Origin: Parcubacteria group bacterium LiPW_30
Lineage (GTDB): Bacteria; Patescibacteriota; Minisyncoccia; Phycocordibacterales; VMEP01
DNA: 64,000 nt
Assembly: GCA_007375595.1 (NCBI GenBank)
Contig: VMEP01000001.1
Location: 340,694-404,693 of the forward strand
Direction: 5' to 3'
Within the stretch, counting starts at the first letter, position 1. Each line of letters begins with the position of its first letter. The translations under genes and the position numbers were made by a program. The notes beneath the pieces are model-generated. The model made no database searches and was not told where the DNA came from. It saw only the letters and a program-made list of their open reading frames with translations. Shown here in pieces: positions 28,459 to 37,103 of the stretch.

Positions 28459-28692
28459 ATGAAAAAAGTCACTATTTATAGCACTCCAACTTGCGTTTAT
28501 TGTAATATGGCAAAAAGCTATTTTCAGGAAAAAAATGTTCCTTACGAGGAGTTCAATGTTGGGCAAGATTTTGAAAAACAAAAGGAAATGATTGAATTAA
28601 CTGGTCAGCGTGGTGTGCCAGTAATTGTTATAGACGGAGAAGCAATAGTTGGTTTTAATAAACCAAGGGTTCAGGAGCTGTTGGGTTTATAG
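28459..28692 (+). CDS. glutaredoxin-like (NrdH/Grx) thioredoxin-fold protein
   Basis: CVYC active site after beta1; GVPVIVIDGE motif. Confidence 0.75.
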   Translation: MKKVTIYSTPTCVYCNMAKSYFQEKNVPYEEFNVGQDFEKQKEMIELTGQRGVPVIVIDGEAIVGFNKPRVQELLGL

Positions 28693-28699
28693 GTTTAGA

Positions 28700-28870
28700 T
28701 AATTCAGGGCGGAATCGGTCACGAATAAAATTTTGCTAAATTTTTGCGCTGTCACAGATATTTTCCTGCTGGAAAATTCTGCGACCCCGACTCGGCTCGA
28801 CAGCCTCCGTCTCTCAATTGCTTCACTTATCGCAATTGAGCCCGCCTCGCGCCGTCGCGCTCCGGCCGGC
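28700..28870 (-). repeat. tRNA-associated repeat element, long form (copy A), downstream of tRNA-Arg
   Basis: about 150 nt near-identical to 36945-37085; read on the minus strand it is ccggagcgcgacggcgcgagg..ggggtcgc..hairpin..cgtgaccgattcc, the same termini as the short form. Confidence 0.7.
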
Positions 28871-28924
28871 ACCATGTAAAAACACTCACTTATGTGAGTG
28901 TTTTTACATGGTGCCCTCGGCAGG
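28866..28924. terminator. 22-bp palindromic hairpin incorporating the tRNA-Arg 3' end
   Basis: ggcaccatgtaaaaacactcac ttat gtgagtgtttttacatggtgcc. Confidence 0.6.
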
Positions 28925-28985
28925 AATCGAACCCACAATTACCCCTTAGGACGGGGTAGTTATATCCATTTAACTACGAGGGCGC
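28909..28985 (-). tRNA. tRNA-Arg (anticodon CCT), CCA encoded
   Basis: acceptor GCCCTCG/CGAGGGC, anticodon loop GTCCTAA, T-loop TTCGATT; the T-stem has two G.U pairs. Confidence 0.7.
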
Positions 28986-29169
28986 TTTAAAACCATACCA
29001 TATTAAGATGTTTTTGGTTGTTGATTATCGCCATTGTTTATTTTTATTTAGTATTGTATAGTTTGGGCTGATTTTCCATTTAATTTAAAGAAAGGTAGGT
29101 GGAAAAGTTCTTTGAGCTTAACGAGCTTTGGAGGTTTTGTTTTCAAAAACATACAAAAAGGAAAGAGCT

Positions 29170-29577
29170 ATGCAACAAGTGCAAACTGTATCCAAAAAGA
29201 AGGCCAAGCCAGCCTTCGGCAGGAAATCTTCCGCTCGGGCTGATCATTTTTTCGACCGGCATTCGCCGGTCGAAGCTCGGCCAGTGGTGGCGTACTCGCC
29301 GGGATTTGCGGCGAGGCACATGGTTCCAGTACGCGTCGGAGAAAACGGGCACATCACCGCCAGTGTTTCCGAACTTTGCGGTTTTTTGCGCAATGGCAAC
29401 GCATCGGTTATCGGCGTGAAGAAGATGGTCGAAGTCGAAATCATGCGCGGGAAGCGAATGCGTGTTGTCACGCGCGAAGTGATTGACCCCGGTCCCAACT
29501 GCGATGTCGTCGTTTTCACGAACATGACGACGCCACATTGCTACGCCCTGAAGTCTCAGGTCAAGAGCGGCCTATAA
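29170..29577 (+). CDS. hypothetical protein in a GC-rich island
   Basis: SD aaaggaaagag + ATG (MQQVQT); GC-rich; terminator follows. Confidence 0.45.
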   Translation: MQQVQTVSKKKAKPAFGRKSSARADHFFDRHSPVEARPVVAYSPGFAARHMVPVRVGENGHITASVSELCGFLRNGNASVIGVKKMVEVEIMRGKRMRVVTREVIDPGPNCDVVVFTNMTTPHCYALKSQVKSGL

Positions 29578-29596
29578 GAAGGGAGGCCCAAGATAA

Positions 29597-29625
29597 AAGG
29601 CGCGCTTTAATACAGCGCGCCTTCG
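29597..29625 (+). terminator. hairpin terminator
   Basis: aaggcgcgctttaatacagcgcgcctt. Confidence 0.55.
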
Positions 29626-29664
29626 ATATTTATCACTATTTATCTATATGCTATAGTATTCCCC

Positions 29665-29967
29665 ATGGACCAGGAATTACGCGATTTACTTGAAAAGAAT
29701 CTTCAAATATCAGAGGAGAATAACGAGCTTTTAAGGAAATTATACCGTTCTCAAAAATGGTCTCAGTTTATGAGTATTATGTATTGGGTGCTTATAATAG
29801 GTATTACTTTTGGAACGTATTACTATCTTCAGCCATACATAGAAACGCTTTTAGGAACATACATTGATTTAATGAGTGGGATTGATACGATAAACCAAAA
29901 AAGTCAGTCACTCCCAAACATGAATACGATTAGTGATTTTCTAAGAGGAATAAGTGCTCCTAAGTAA
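29665..29967 (+). CDS. small membrane protein, hypothetical
   Basis: one central TM helix; no motif. Confidence 0.35.
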   Translation: MDQELRDLLEKNLQISEENNELLRKLYRSQKWSQFMSIMYWVLIIGITFGTYYYLQPYIETLLGTYIDLMSGIDTINQKSQSLPNMNTISDFLRGISAPK

Positions 29968-29978
29968 GAAATAAATAT

Positions 29979-30051
29979 GCCGAGGTAGCTCAGTTGGTAG
30001 AGCATTTCCCTGAAGAGGAAGGGGTCGCCGGTTCAAATCCGGCCCTCGGCA
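29979..30051 (+). tRNA. tRNA-Phe (anticodon GAA)
   Basis: GCCGAGGTAGCTCAGTTGGTAGAGC...CTGAAGA anticodon loop...GGTTCAAATCCGGCCCTCGGCA. Confidence 0.85.
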
Positions 30052-30215
30052 CACGAACAAAGTGAAGTGGGATGAGGGAACGAGTGAACTGCTTCACTCG
30101 TGTCCGGATTTGAAGGTCGGAACATGTCGCAAAGCGACAGTGAGACGGGGTCGAGAGTACTTATGAGCGTAGCGAATTAGTAACTCGTGACCAAATCCGG
30201 CCCTCGGCACACGAA
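30052..30215 (+). repeat. repeat element downstream of tRNA-Phe plus a direct repeat of the tRNA-Phe 3' end and downstream flank
   Basis: interior gtgaactgcttcactcgtg..gacggggtcgagag..ctcgtgac related to the S1/S2 elements; caaatccggccctcggcacacgaacaaagtgaggtggg (30192-) repeats 30034-30071. Confidence 0.65.
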
Positions 30216-30891
30216 CAAAGTGAGGTGGGGTGATGGAGCTTTTTAACAGAAGAGAACCATTGATTTGTGGTTTATTTGGTCTGCAGAATATACTTTATAC
30301 TGATATACTTTAAAAATGGAAAAAGTTGAAGTAGAAATAACCACGAAAGAATTGCTTGAACGGTATAACGAAAGATTCGCCGACAAAAAGGATATAACTC
30401 TTAAAGATCTTTCTGAAATGAAAGAAAGTGGAATCTCCGCTGAAATGTTTCTTGAGTTTCTTCGAGAAAAGTACGACTATTTATTTCACGGCTCAAGAAA
30501 TGAGATTTCTTTTGCGGATGGAGTAAAACCTTCAAAAGATGGCGTTATTTTTTCTTCAGATAATCCTTCCGTTGCAATACTTAAAGCTATTTACCGTAAT
30601 AACGCTAAAAATCTCGGCTATCCACTTAATTTAAAGGAAGACAAGTCTAATATGGTATTGGTTATTGATGAACCACAAGAAGATACTATTGGCGAGAAAG
30701 GTTACGTTTATGTTATTTCTGATAAAACAGGTTTTAAAAGAGATCCCAATAGTAATTGGCAATACTTAAAAGAAAATACAGCGGAAGAAAATACCCCTTT
30801 TGTTAAAAGGGTTGAGGTAGAAAGAGCTGATTTTAAATATCCCGTGCAAGTAAATTAGTAACCAGCGATTGAGTCCAGCCCTCGGCACACT
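30192..30891 (+). mobile_element. about 0.7-kb insert bounded by the second and third copies of the tRNA-Phe 3' end, carrying one ORF (candidate decayed integrative islet)
   Basis: third copy gagtccagccctcggcaca at 30873-30891 (1 mismatch to tRNA-Phe ATCCGGCCCTCGGCACA); no integrase present. Confidence 0.45.
30316..30858 (+). CDS. hypothetical protein (cargo of the tRNA-Phe-flanked insert)
   Basis: 180-aa ORF; no recognisable motif. Confidence 0.45.
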   Translation: MEKVEVEITTKELLERYNERFADKKDITLKDLSEMKESGISAEMFLEFLREKYDYLFHGSRNEISFADGVKPSKDGVIFSSDNPSVAILKAIYRNNAKNLGYPLNLKEDKSNMVLVIDEPQEDTIGEKGYVYVISDKTGFKRDPNSNWQYLKENTAEENTPFVKRVEVERADFKYPVQVN

Positions 30892-30895
30892 ACAA

Positions 30896-30925
30896 AACAA
30901 AAACTCCGCGATGTGCGGAGTTTTT
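30896..30925. terminator. bidirectional terminator
   Basis: aaaaactccgcgatgtgcggagtttttgtttt. Confidence 0.6.
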
Positions 30926-30933
30926 TGTTTTTA

Positions 30934-31440
30934 TTATATTGAGCGAACTTTAAGTTTGGTTTGTTTTTCGCGATCAACTTTTGGAAGGCGAATGACAAGT
31001 AGCCCGTGTTTTTCAATTGCTTCGGTTTCTTCAGGCTCTATTTCTTGTGGAAGCATTATTGTTCTTGAGAATGAACCCCAATAGAGTTCATTGTAAAAAT
31101 AGTCATCATCCTCACCTTCTTTATTTTCTTCGCGTTTACCACGGATTGTTACCATGTCGCGAGTTATAGATATTTGAAGATCGTCTGGTTTTACTCCAGC
31201 AACAATTGATTTTATTATTATCTCAGTTGGTGTTTGGTAAACATCAACTGTTAGTTGAGCTTCTTCGTTTTCTTCTTCTAACCAACCAGCCTCTCCTTTG
31301 TGGGCTCCTTTTTCTTCATTTTCCTCTCGAGTTTCCTCGCTCTCCTCATTTAAAGAAACACTGCCAGTTAATTTTTCGAAAAATGATCTTTTATCTTTTG
31401 ACATAGGGGGCTTAGTTAATTTTTTATAAAATTTATTCAC
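30934..31440 (-). CDS. Hsp20/alpha-crystallin family small heat-shock protein
   Basis: alpha-crystallin domain VDVYQTPTEIIIKSIVAGVKPDDLQISIT...GLLVIRLPK. Confidence 0.8.
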   Translation of the reverse strand: MNKFYKKLTKPPMSKDKRSFFEKLTGSVSLNEESEETREENEEKGAHKGEAGWLEEENEEAQLTVDVYQTPTEIIIKSIVAGVKPDDLQISITRDMVTIRGKREENKEGEDDDYFYNELYWGSFSRTIMLPQEIEPEETEAIEKHGLLVIRLPKVDREKQTKLKVRSI

Positions 31441-32134
31441 GCAACAACTTTATTTTTTCAAAGACAAGAAGGATTAAAACGGCGACAATCCAAAAGAATG
31501 CAAATACAACTAGAACATTCTTGTTTTCATCATTCATTATAAAAAAATTAAACAAAGTATGCAACGCAGTTGCGGATATTAAACCAAGAAGAAGTGCAAC
31601 TGTACGACTAAAGACACTTCTGTAAAAAGTAAGTCCAAGTGCGATACCGATAAAGGCGCTGCCTTCCGCGTGTAAAACCGCTGCTCCTAAAAAGCGGAGA
31701 TTTCCAGTAATGAGGCCCTCTAATAGATGTCCGTTTTTTATTGGGTCAAATAAAAATAACGCGCTTTCGGCGGCGGCAAAACCTAAGGCAGCAGTAATGA
31801 GATACATTGAATAGTCTATCGGCTCGTCTAAGAAACGTCTTGACCAAAAGATAATCGCCAAAAAGGCTAAAAATTTTGTGAGTTCTTCTATAAAGGCCCA
31901 AGCTGATAGTGTTGCCACACCCTCTGCTAGGAAAACTTGGACATATTGTTGTAGTGGTAAAACAAACTCAACCCCGACCATTCCGGCAATAAAAACAAAA
32001 GTAAGAAGAATTTTCGGTTCTGGATTTAGTTTGTCTTGTCTTAACCAAAACCAAAGCCAAAATATTGCAGGTAAAATTCCACCAAGTAGGGAATAAAAAA
32101 TTATGAGGTTATTTGAACTTATCATATTGGCCAT
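31433..32134 (-). CDS. PrsW-family intramembrane protease-like membrane protein
   Basis: EELTKF (EExxK), FAAAES (FxxxE) and HTLFN (HxxxN) motifs in TM helices. Confidence 0.5.
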   Translation of the reverse strand: MANMISSNNLIIFYSLLGGILPAIFWLWFWLRQDKLNPEPKILLTFVFIAGMVGVEFVLPLQQYVQVFLAEGVATLSAWAFIEELTKFLAFLAIIFWSRRFLDEPIDYSMYLITAALGFAAAESALFLFDPIKNGHLLEGLITGNLRFLGAAVLHAEGSAFIGIALGLTFYRSVFSRTVALLLGLISATALHTLFNFFIMNDENKNVLVVFAFFWIVAVLILLVFEKIKLLRE

Positions 32135-34314
32135 TTTTCAACCATTAATATTTCTCGGCCTTTCATTTTTGATTTTGGAAGATGTTGCCAAATTGATTCT
32201 GTCGCGAACGGCATGAAAGGATGAAGTGCTTTTAGTAGTTTATGAAGAATTTCTTGAAGCATTATGGCTGTGGCACTTTTATCTTTTTCGTCACTACCAT
32301 TTAAGCGTACCTTACTTTCCTCAATTATTTTGTCTGCAAAAATGTGCCATGCGTAATGATATAATTTTTCTCCGGCAAGATAGAAGCGATAGTTTTCGAT
32401 ATCACCAGTAATTTCTTCAAGGGTTTTTTCAAACTCTTTTATTTGCTCTTGTTGCCAAGCGCCAAGTTCTATATTTTCAGTATTTATCTCTTCTGTGTTT
32501 TCTAAAACAAATCTGGTTATATTCCAGAGCTTATTGGCGAAGTTTTTATATCCGCGGATTTTATCTTCTGAGAGTTTAGAATCATTTCCTGGGGCGGTGC
32601 CGACAATAAGCGAAAGACGAACAGCATCGGTGCCGAATTTGTCGGACATATCAACGGGGTCGATTATGTTGCCAAGAGATTTAGACATCTTGCGTCCTTG
32701 TCCGTCACGAACTAATCCATGCAGGTAAACTTTTTTAAAAGGAATTTGTCCTGTGAGATATGTACTCATTAAAATCATGCGTGCCACCCAGAAAAATAAA
32801 ATATCATAACCAGTTTCAAGCACGTCTGTTGGATGGTATCTTTTTAGGTCGTCTGTTTTCTCTGGCCACCCCAAAGTGGAGAAGGTCCAAAGACCAGAAG
32901 AGAACCAGGTATCAAGGGTGTCTTCATCTTGCTTCCAGCCATCGCCCTCTGGGGCTTCTACTCCAGTATAGGTTTCATCTCCTCGGTACCAGACGGGGAT
33001 TCTATGTCCGTACCAAATTTGTCGCGAAATACACCAATCTCTCAAATTGTTTATCCAATGGAAGTAAATTTTTGAAAAATGGTCTGGAATAATTTCTACT
33101 TGCCCGTTTTCGACGACATGAATCATCAGCTTTTTGAGCGTGACCATTTCTCCTGAGGCAATGCCATTTATTTCTGAATAAGGCAATTTGAACTCTTTAT
33201 TAACATCAATAAACCACTGCATCATTATTTGTGGCTCTATTACACCTCCACCACGGCTGTCGGTGGCGATATTGTGTATATAGTTTTCGTCAGTCTTGAC
33301 GACCAAGCCTTTGCTTTTTAATTTTTCAACAATAAGCGCGCGCGCTTTTTTAATATGTTGTCCGGCAAATTCTCCAGCGATGGGTAGAAGCTTCCCTTTG
33401 TAGTCAATGATTTGTTCTTTATCAAGATTATGTCGCTCGGCTATTTCAAAGTCGACTACATCGTGCCACGGTGTAATAGTCATGACTCCAGTCCCAAACT
33501 CCATATCAATTGCTTTGTCTTTAATTATCGTTGCTTTGATAGGTCCGTTTATCCACTCTAATTCTATTTCTTGCCCCTCTTTATATTCTTCATAACGCTT
33601 ATCATTTGGATGCATCACGACATATTTATCTCCAAATTTTGTTTCTGGGCGGGCGGTACCAATAACGAATGGTCCATATTGTAGGTAATAGAAAGTTGTT
33701 TTTTCTTCCACGTGTTCAACTTCTTCGTCAGAGACGGTTGTTTGAAGTTTTGGATCCCAATTGACGATACGATGGCCTCGGTAGATTAAATCATCGTCAT
33801 ACATTTTTTTGAACGCTGTTCTAACAGCAAGGTTACGCGCTTTATCTAAGGTGTACGCCTCACGACTCCAGTCAATTGAAGAGCCCATGCGTTTAATCTG
33901 GCCGACTATTGTGTCACGGCTTTCTTGGGCATAATCTTCAACTCGTTTTAAAAATACTTCACGACCTAAATCATGGCGTGTTTTTTCTTCTTCTTTATAG
34001 ATATTTTTTTCAACTTTTTCTTGGGTCGCAATTGCGGCATGGTCTGTTCCAGGGAGCCAAAGGGTGCGTTTTCCGCGCATACGATTAAAACGAACAAGAA
34101 TGTCTTCAATAGCGAGCATTGCGGCGTGTCCGACATGGAGAGTTCCAGTGACATTTGGGGGAGGAAGGACGATAGAAAAAGATTCTGCTTCGCTATCTGT
34201 GATTCCTTTCTCAACACATACGTCTGGGTTAAAAAATCCACTATCCTCCCATAGTTTGTATATAGCGCCTTCCGTTTCTTTCGAGTCGTATGGTTTAAGG
34301 AATTTATCGTCCAT
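32122..34314 (-). CDS. valS: valyl-tRNA synthetase (compact form)
   Basis: HIGH region PPPNVTGTLHVGHA, KMSKS as KMSKSLGN, TDHAAIATQ block; lacks the long C-terminal coiled coil. Confidence 0.85.
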   Translation of the reverse strand: MDDKFLKPYDSKETEGAIYKLWEDSGFFNPDVCVEKGITDSEAESFSIVLPPPNVTGTLHVGHAAMLAIEDILVRFNRMRGKRTLWLPGTDHAAIATQEKVEKNIYKEEEKTRHDLGREVFLKRVEDYAQESRDTIVGQIKRMGSSIDWSREAYTLDKARNLAVRTAFKKMYDDDLIYRGHRIVNWDPKLQTTVSDEEVEHVEEKTTFYYLQYGPFVIGTARPETKFGDKYVVMHPNDKRYEEYKEGQEIELEWINGPIKATIIKDKAIDMEFGTGVMTITPWHDVVDFEIAERHNLDKEQIIDYKGKLLPIAGEFAGQHIKKARALIVEKLKSKGLVVKTDENYIHNIATDSRGGGVIEPQIMMQWFIDVNKEFKLPYSEINGIASGEMVTLKKLMIHVVENGQVEIIPDHFSKIYFHWINNLRDWCISRQIWYGHRIPVWYRGDETYTGVEAPEGDGWKQDEDTLDTWFSSGLWTFSTLGWPEKTDDLKRYHPTDVLETGYDILFFWVARMILMSTYLTGQIPFKKVYLHGLVRDGQGRKMSKSLGNIIDPVDMSDKFGTDAVRLSLIVGTAPGNDSKLSEDKIRGYKNFANKLWNITRFVLENTEEINTENIELGAWQQEQIKEFEKTLEEITGDIENYRFYLAGEKLYHYAWHIFADKIIEESKVRLNGSDEKDKSATAIMLQEILHKLLKALHPFMPFATESIWQHLPKSKMKGREILMVEKWPI

Positions 34315-34461
34315 AATGACAAAAGCATATCATAAATAAGGGTTTTTTCTATCGTTCTTAATTTTACAAGAATTAACAATTCAATACTTATTTTGTTTGG
34401 TATTGATAATTTTTTATTTTGTTGTATAGTTAAAAAGGCAGTATCTTTAAGGAGGGTTCAA

Positions 34462-34860
34462 ATGAACAACGACGAGAAAGAATTGACCAGATCCTTCTCA
34501 ATGGTCTTTGGTAGCAAAAGCGATGAAGGTCGCTCTCCTGGGCCAACGTTTCTCGAGGAGGTTTTTTCCGCACTGGAAGATTTCAGATTCAGTAGTTATT
34601 TTGGCGGACGAAAGTCCAAGCTCGACATTGAGAGGGAGCGACAAGATTATGAAGCCCAGAAGCACGTTGCCCTCAATATGTTTCGGAAGTCTGCAAGGCT
34701 TCATGGGGCAAGCGCCGGGCTGAAAGAGTATTTGGCCCATCGTTACTTTCTCTCCGCCATGGTCAAGGAAAAGGATTGGGTGGTGGTTTGGGAAAAGTTT
34801 CGGGCAAATTGCAGGGCCAATCCCAAGCTTTCTGCCTACATTGATCACCTCATGATCTAA
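34462..34860 (+). CDS. hypothetical protein (GC-rich island)
   Basis: SD aaggagg + ATG (MNNDEK); GC-rich. Confidence 0.4.
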   Translation: MNNDEKELTRSFSMVFGSKSDEGRSPGPTFLEEVFSALEDFRFSSYFGGRKSKLDIERERQDYEAQKHVALNMFRKSARLHGASAGLKEYLAHRYFLSAMVKEKDWVVVWEKFRANCRANPKLSAYIDHLMI

Positions 34861-36101
34861 AACGAGAGGTTCCCCATAGCGCGGATTCGTGAAAGCGAAG
34901 TCCGCGCAACTTTTTTATCTGATTTAAAATATCCAGCAAGACCAATCATGATTGCGTTGTCGGTTGTGAGGGTTTGTGAAGGAATGAAAAGTTTTGTTTC
35001 TGGAAAATTATCGGCGAACGATTTTTCAAAAGAACGGCGGATATGTTTGTTTGCTGAAACACCACCACCGAGTGAGAATGTTTTTATTTTATATTTTTTT
35101 ACCGCTCGTTCACTTTTTGAAAGTAAAACTTCTGTTGCAGAATCTTCAAACTCGCAAGCAATTGATTCTTTAATGTTTGCAGTAATTTTAGCTAAAACAT
35201 CCGGCTTTGATGGATGTTCGCCCGACCCAGCTGACGCTGGGTTTAGGGAAATTTTTTTTAATGTATAAAGTACGGCGGTTTTTAACCCGGCAAAAGAAAA
35301 ATCAAAATCTTTTGAATGAAGCATTGGTCGTGGTAGTGGGTATAGTGATTTTTCTCCAAGATGTTTTTCGCGATATTTTTCAGCAAGACGCGATATTTCC
35401 GGACCTCCAGGATATGGTAGGGAAAGCATTCGCGCGACCTTATCAAAAGCTTCGCCGACAGCATCATCTCTCGTTTGTCCGATTAGCTTGTAGACACCCC
35501 ATTTTTTAGCCAAAACAAGCTCAGTATGACCGCCAGAGATAAGAAGAGACAACATTGGGAATAGTGGTTTTTTGAGCGTAAAATTGCCATTTTTTACGCC
35601 TTTAAGAAGAGAGGCGAGTAAGTGTCCTTCCATGTGGTTTGCCGGAATAACCGGTATGCCCCAAAGGAAATTTAAAGCTTTAGCAAAGTTAATTCCAACC
35701 CAAAGCGCTGGTTCAAGTCCTGGGCCATTGGTTACAACAATCAGGTCTATTTTAGGAGTTTTTATATTTGGTAGTTCTTCACAAATCAATTCAAAAAGTT
35801 CCGGTTCGTGGGAGAGAAGTGTTTTTAGTTTGTTTGTGTCTTTGGTGCTAAAAGTTTTTGTTTTTTCATTTTTTAACAGACCGCTTTCTTTCAGGGCCGT
35901 TTTTAAAATTGGAACAAGATTTTTTGAGTGTTCGCGTTTGGCGAGTGCTGGATATACGCCCCCATATTGCTCGTGGATTTTGATTTGTGAAATAAGCGCA
36001 TTACCCAAAACAGAAACTTTTGTTTCCGTTTTAGTTTCTTTGATATCGAGAATTGCTATCGCAGTTTCATCGCACGATGTTTCTATGGCTAAGATTTTCA
36101 T
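34857..36101 (-). CDS. tsaD: tRNA N6-threonylcarbamoyladenosine synthase TsaD (Kae1/Gcp family), with insertions
   Basis: MKILAIETSCDETAIAIL N-terminus; HMEGHLL metal-binding motif; LLISGGHTELV. Confidence 0.8.
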   Translation of the reverse strand: MKILAIETSCDETAIAILDIKETKTETKVSVLGNALISQIKIHEQYGGVYPALAKREHSKNLVPILKTALKESGLLKNEKTKTFSTKDTNKLKTLLSHEPELFELICEELPNIKTPKIDLIVVTNGPGLEPALWVGINFAKALNFLWGIPVIPANHMEGHLLASLLKGVKNGNFTLKKPLFPMLSLLISGGHTELVLAKKWGVYKLIGQTRDDAVGEAFDKVARMLSLPYPGGPEISRLAEKYREKHLGEKSLYPLPRPMLHSKDFDFSFAGLKTAVLYTLKKISLNPASAGSGEHPSKPDVLAKITANIKESIACEFEDSATEVLLSKSERAVKKYKIKTFSLGGGVSANKHIRRSFEKSFADNFPETKLFIPSQTLTTDNAIMIGLAGYFKSDKKVARTSLSRIRAMGNLSF

Positions 36102-36136
36102 AACATTTGCATATTATCCGAACAAAGCCAAAAAGG

Positions 36137-36847
36137 CTAATTGTGTAGATAAGACAATCTTTTCTCTTCAGGAAAGCGTTCTATGGCATAACGAAGTGTG
36201 GTTCGTGGAATTTGTTTGAGGTGTTTTTTAAGGAATTTTTCTTCCTCTGCCTGAGAACATCTTTTTCCGATTTCACGAAGCATCCAGCCAACTGCTTTAT
36301 GAATTAAGTCATGTTTATCACCTAATAAAATTTCGGCAATTTTTAGTGTTTCTTTTGGTTGACCTTGTTTTATAAAATGAAATGTTGAAAGTATTGCAAT
36401 TCGGCGTTCCCAAAGATTTTTTGAGCGCGCAAGTTTTAAGAGGGTGGAAGTCTCTTGTTTTGTTTGATAAAGATATGCGCCAACAATTTTATCTGCTGAA
36501 AGATCAACTAAATCCCAGTTGTTTATTTGTTTTGTATGCTTTAAATAAAAGTTGAAGATGTCTTTTTTAGTTTTTTCGTCTCCTTCTTCAAACTGACGAA
36601 CTAAAATTAAAATTGCGACTAATCTTTCCTCGTGTATTTTTGAGGAAAGAAGTTGTTCGGTCTTTGATATAGAAAGGTCTTTGTATTTTAAAGAAATGGA
36701 GCGAGATTTTGGAACAGTTACTCCAAAAAAAATATCTCCCTCGGCATATTCACCAGGGCCGGTTTTGAAGAAGCTTTGTAGGACTTTCTTCTTTTTTGGA
36801 TCGGCTAGTTTTTTTAAGTCGTTTTTAAGAGAGATGATTTGTGGCAT
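36137..36847 (-). CDS. DNA alkylation repair enzyme (AlkD/AlkC-like HEAT-repeat glycosylase family)
   Basis: N-terminal LKKLADPKKKKVLQSFFKTGPGEYAEGDIFFGVTVP matches DNA_alkylation family. Confidence 0.6.
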   Translation of the reverse strand: MPQIISLKNDLKKLADPKKKKVLQSFFKTGPGEYAEGDIFFGVTVPKSRSISLKYKDLSISKTEQLLSSKIHEERLVAILILVRQFEEGDEKTKKDIFNFYLKHTKQINNWDLVDLSADKIVGAYLYQTKQETSTLLKLARSKNLWERRIAILSTFHFIKQGQPKETLKIAEILLGDKHDLIHKAVGWMLREIGKRCSQAEEEKFLKKHLKQIPRTTLRYAIERFPEEKRLSYLHN

Positions 36848-36876
36848 GGGTGGTTATGGGTTAGTGTCGTCGCGCT

Positions 36877-36912
36877 CTATTATAACTTACGCTTGTGGTC
36901 AGGAATAATTTA
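36877..36912 (+). repeat. left copy of a ~32-nt direct repeat flanking long-form element B
   Basis: tataacttacgcttgtggtcaggaataattt vs tatagcttacgtttgtggtcaggaataattt at 37104-37135. Confidence 0.6.
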
Positions 36913-36919
36913 CACTCTG

Positions 36920-37090
36920 CATGGTTGGGGGGTCGGCTACACATAAAATTTTGCTAAATTTTTGTGCAGTCACAGATATTTTCCTGCTGGAAAATTCTGC
37001 GACCCCGACTCGGCTCGCCAGCCTCCGTCCCTCAATTGCTTCACTTATCGCAATTGAGCCCACCTCGCGCCGTCGCGCTCCGGTTTTCGA
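36920..37090 (-). repeat. tRNA-associated repeat element, long form (copy B)
   Basis: near-identical to 28727-28865; includes hairpin ctcaattgc..gcaattgag and palindrome attttcctgctggaaaat. Confidence 0.7.
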
Positions 37091-37103
37091 CTCCTCACTA
37101 TAT

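Noticed and set aside
33966-34379. 137-aa minus ORF overlapping the valS 5' end
   Set aside because: Different frame overlapping a well-supported valS. Lys-rich low-complexity.
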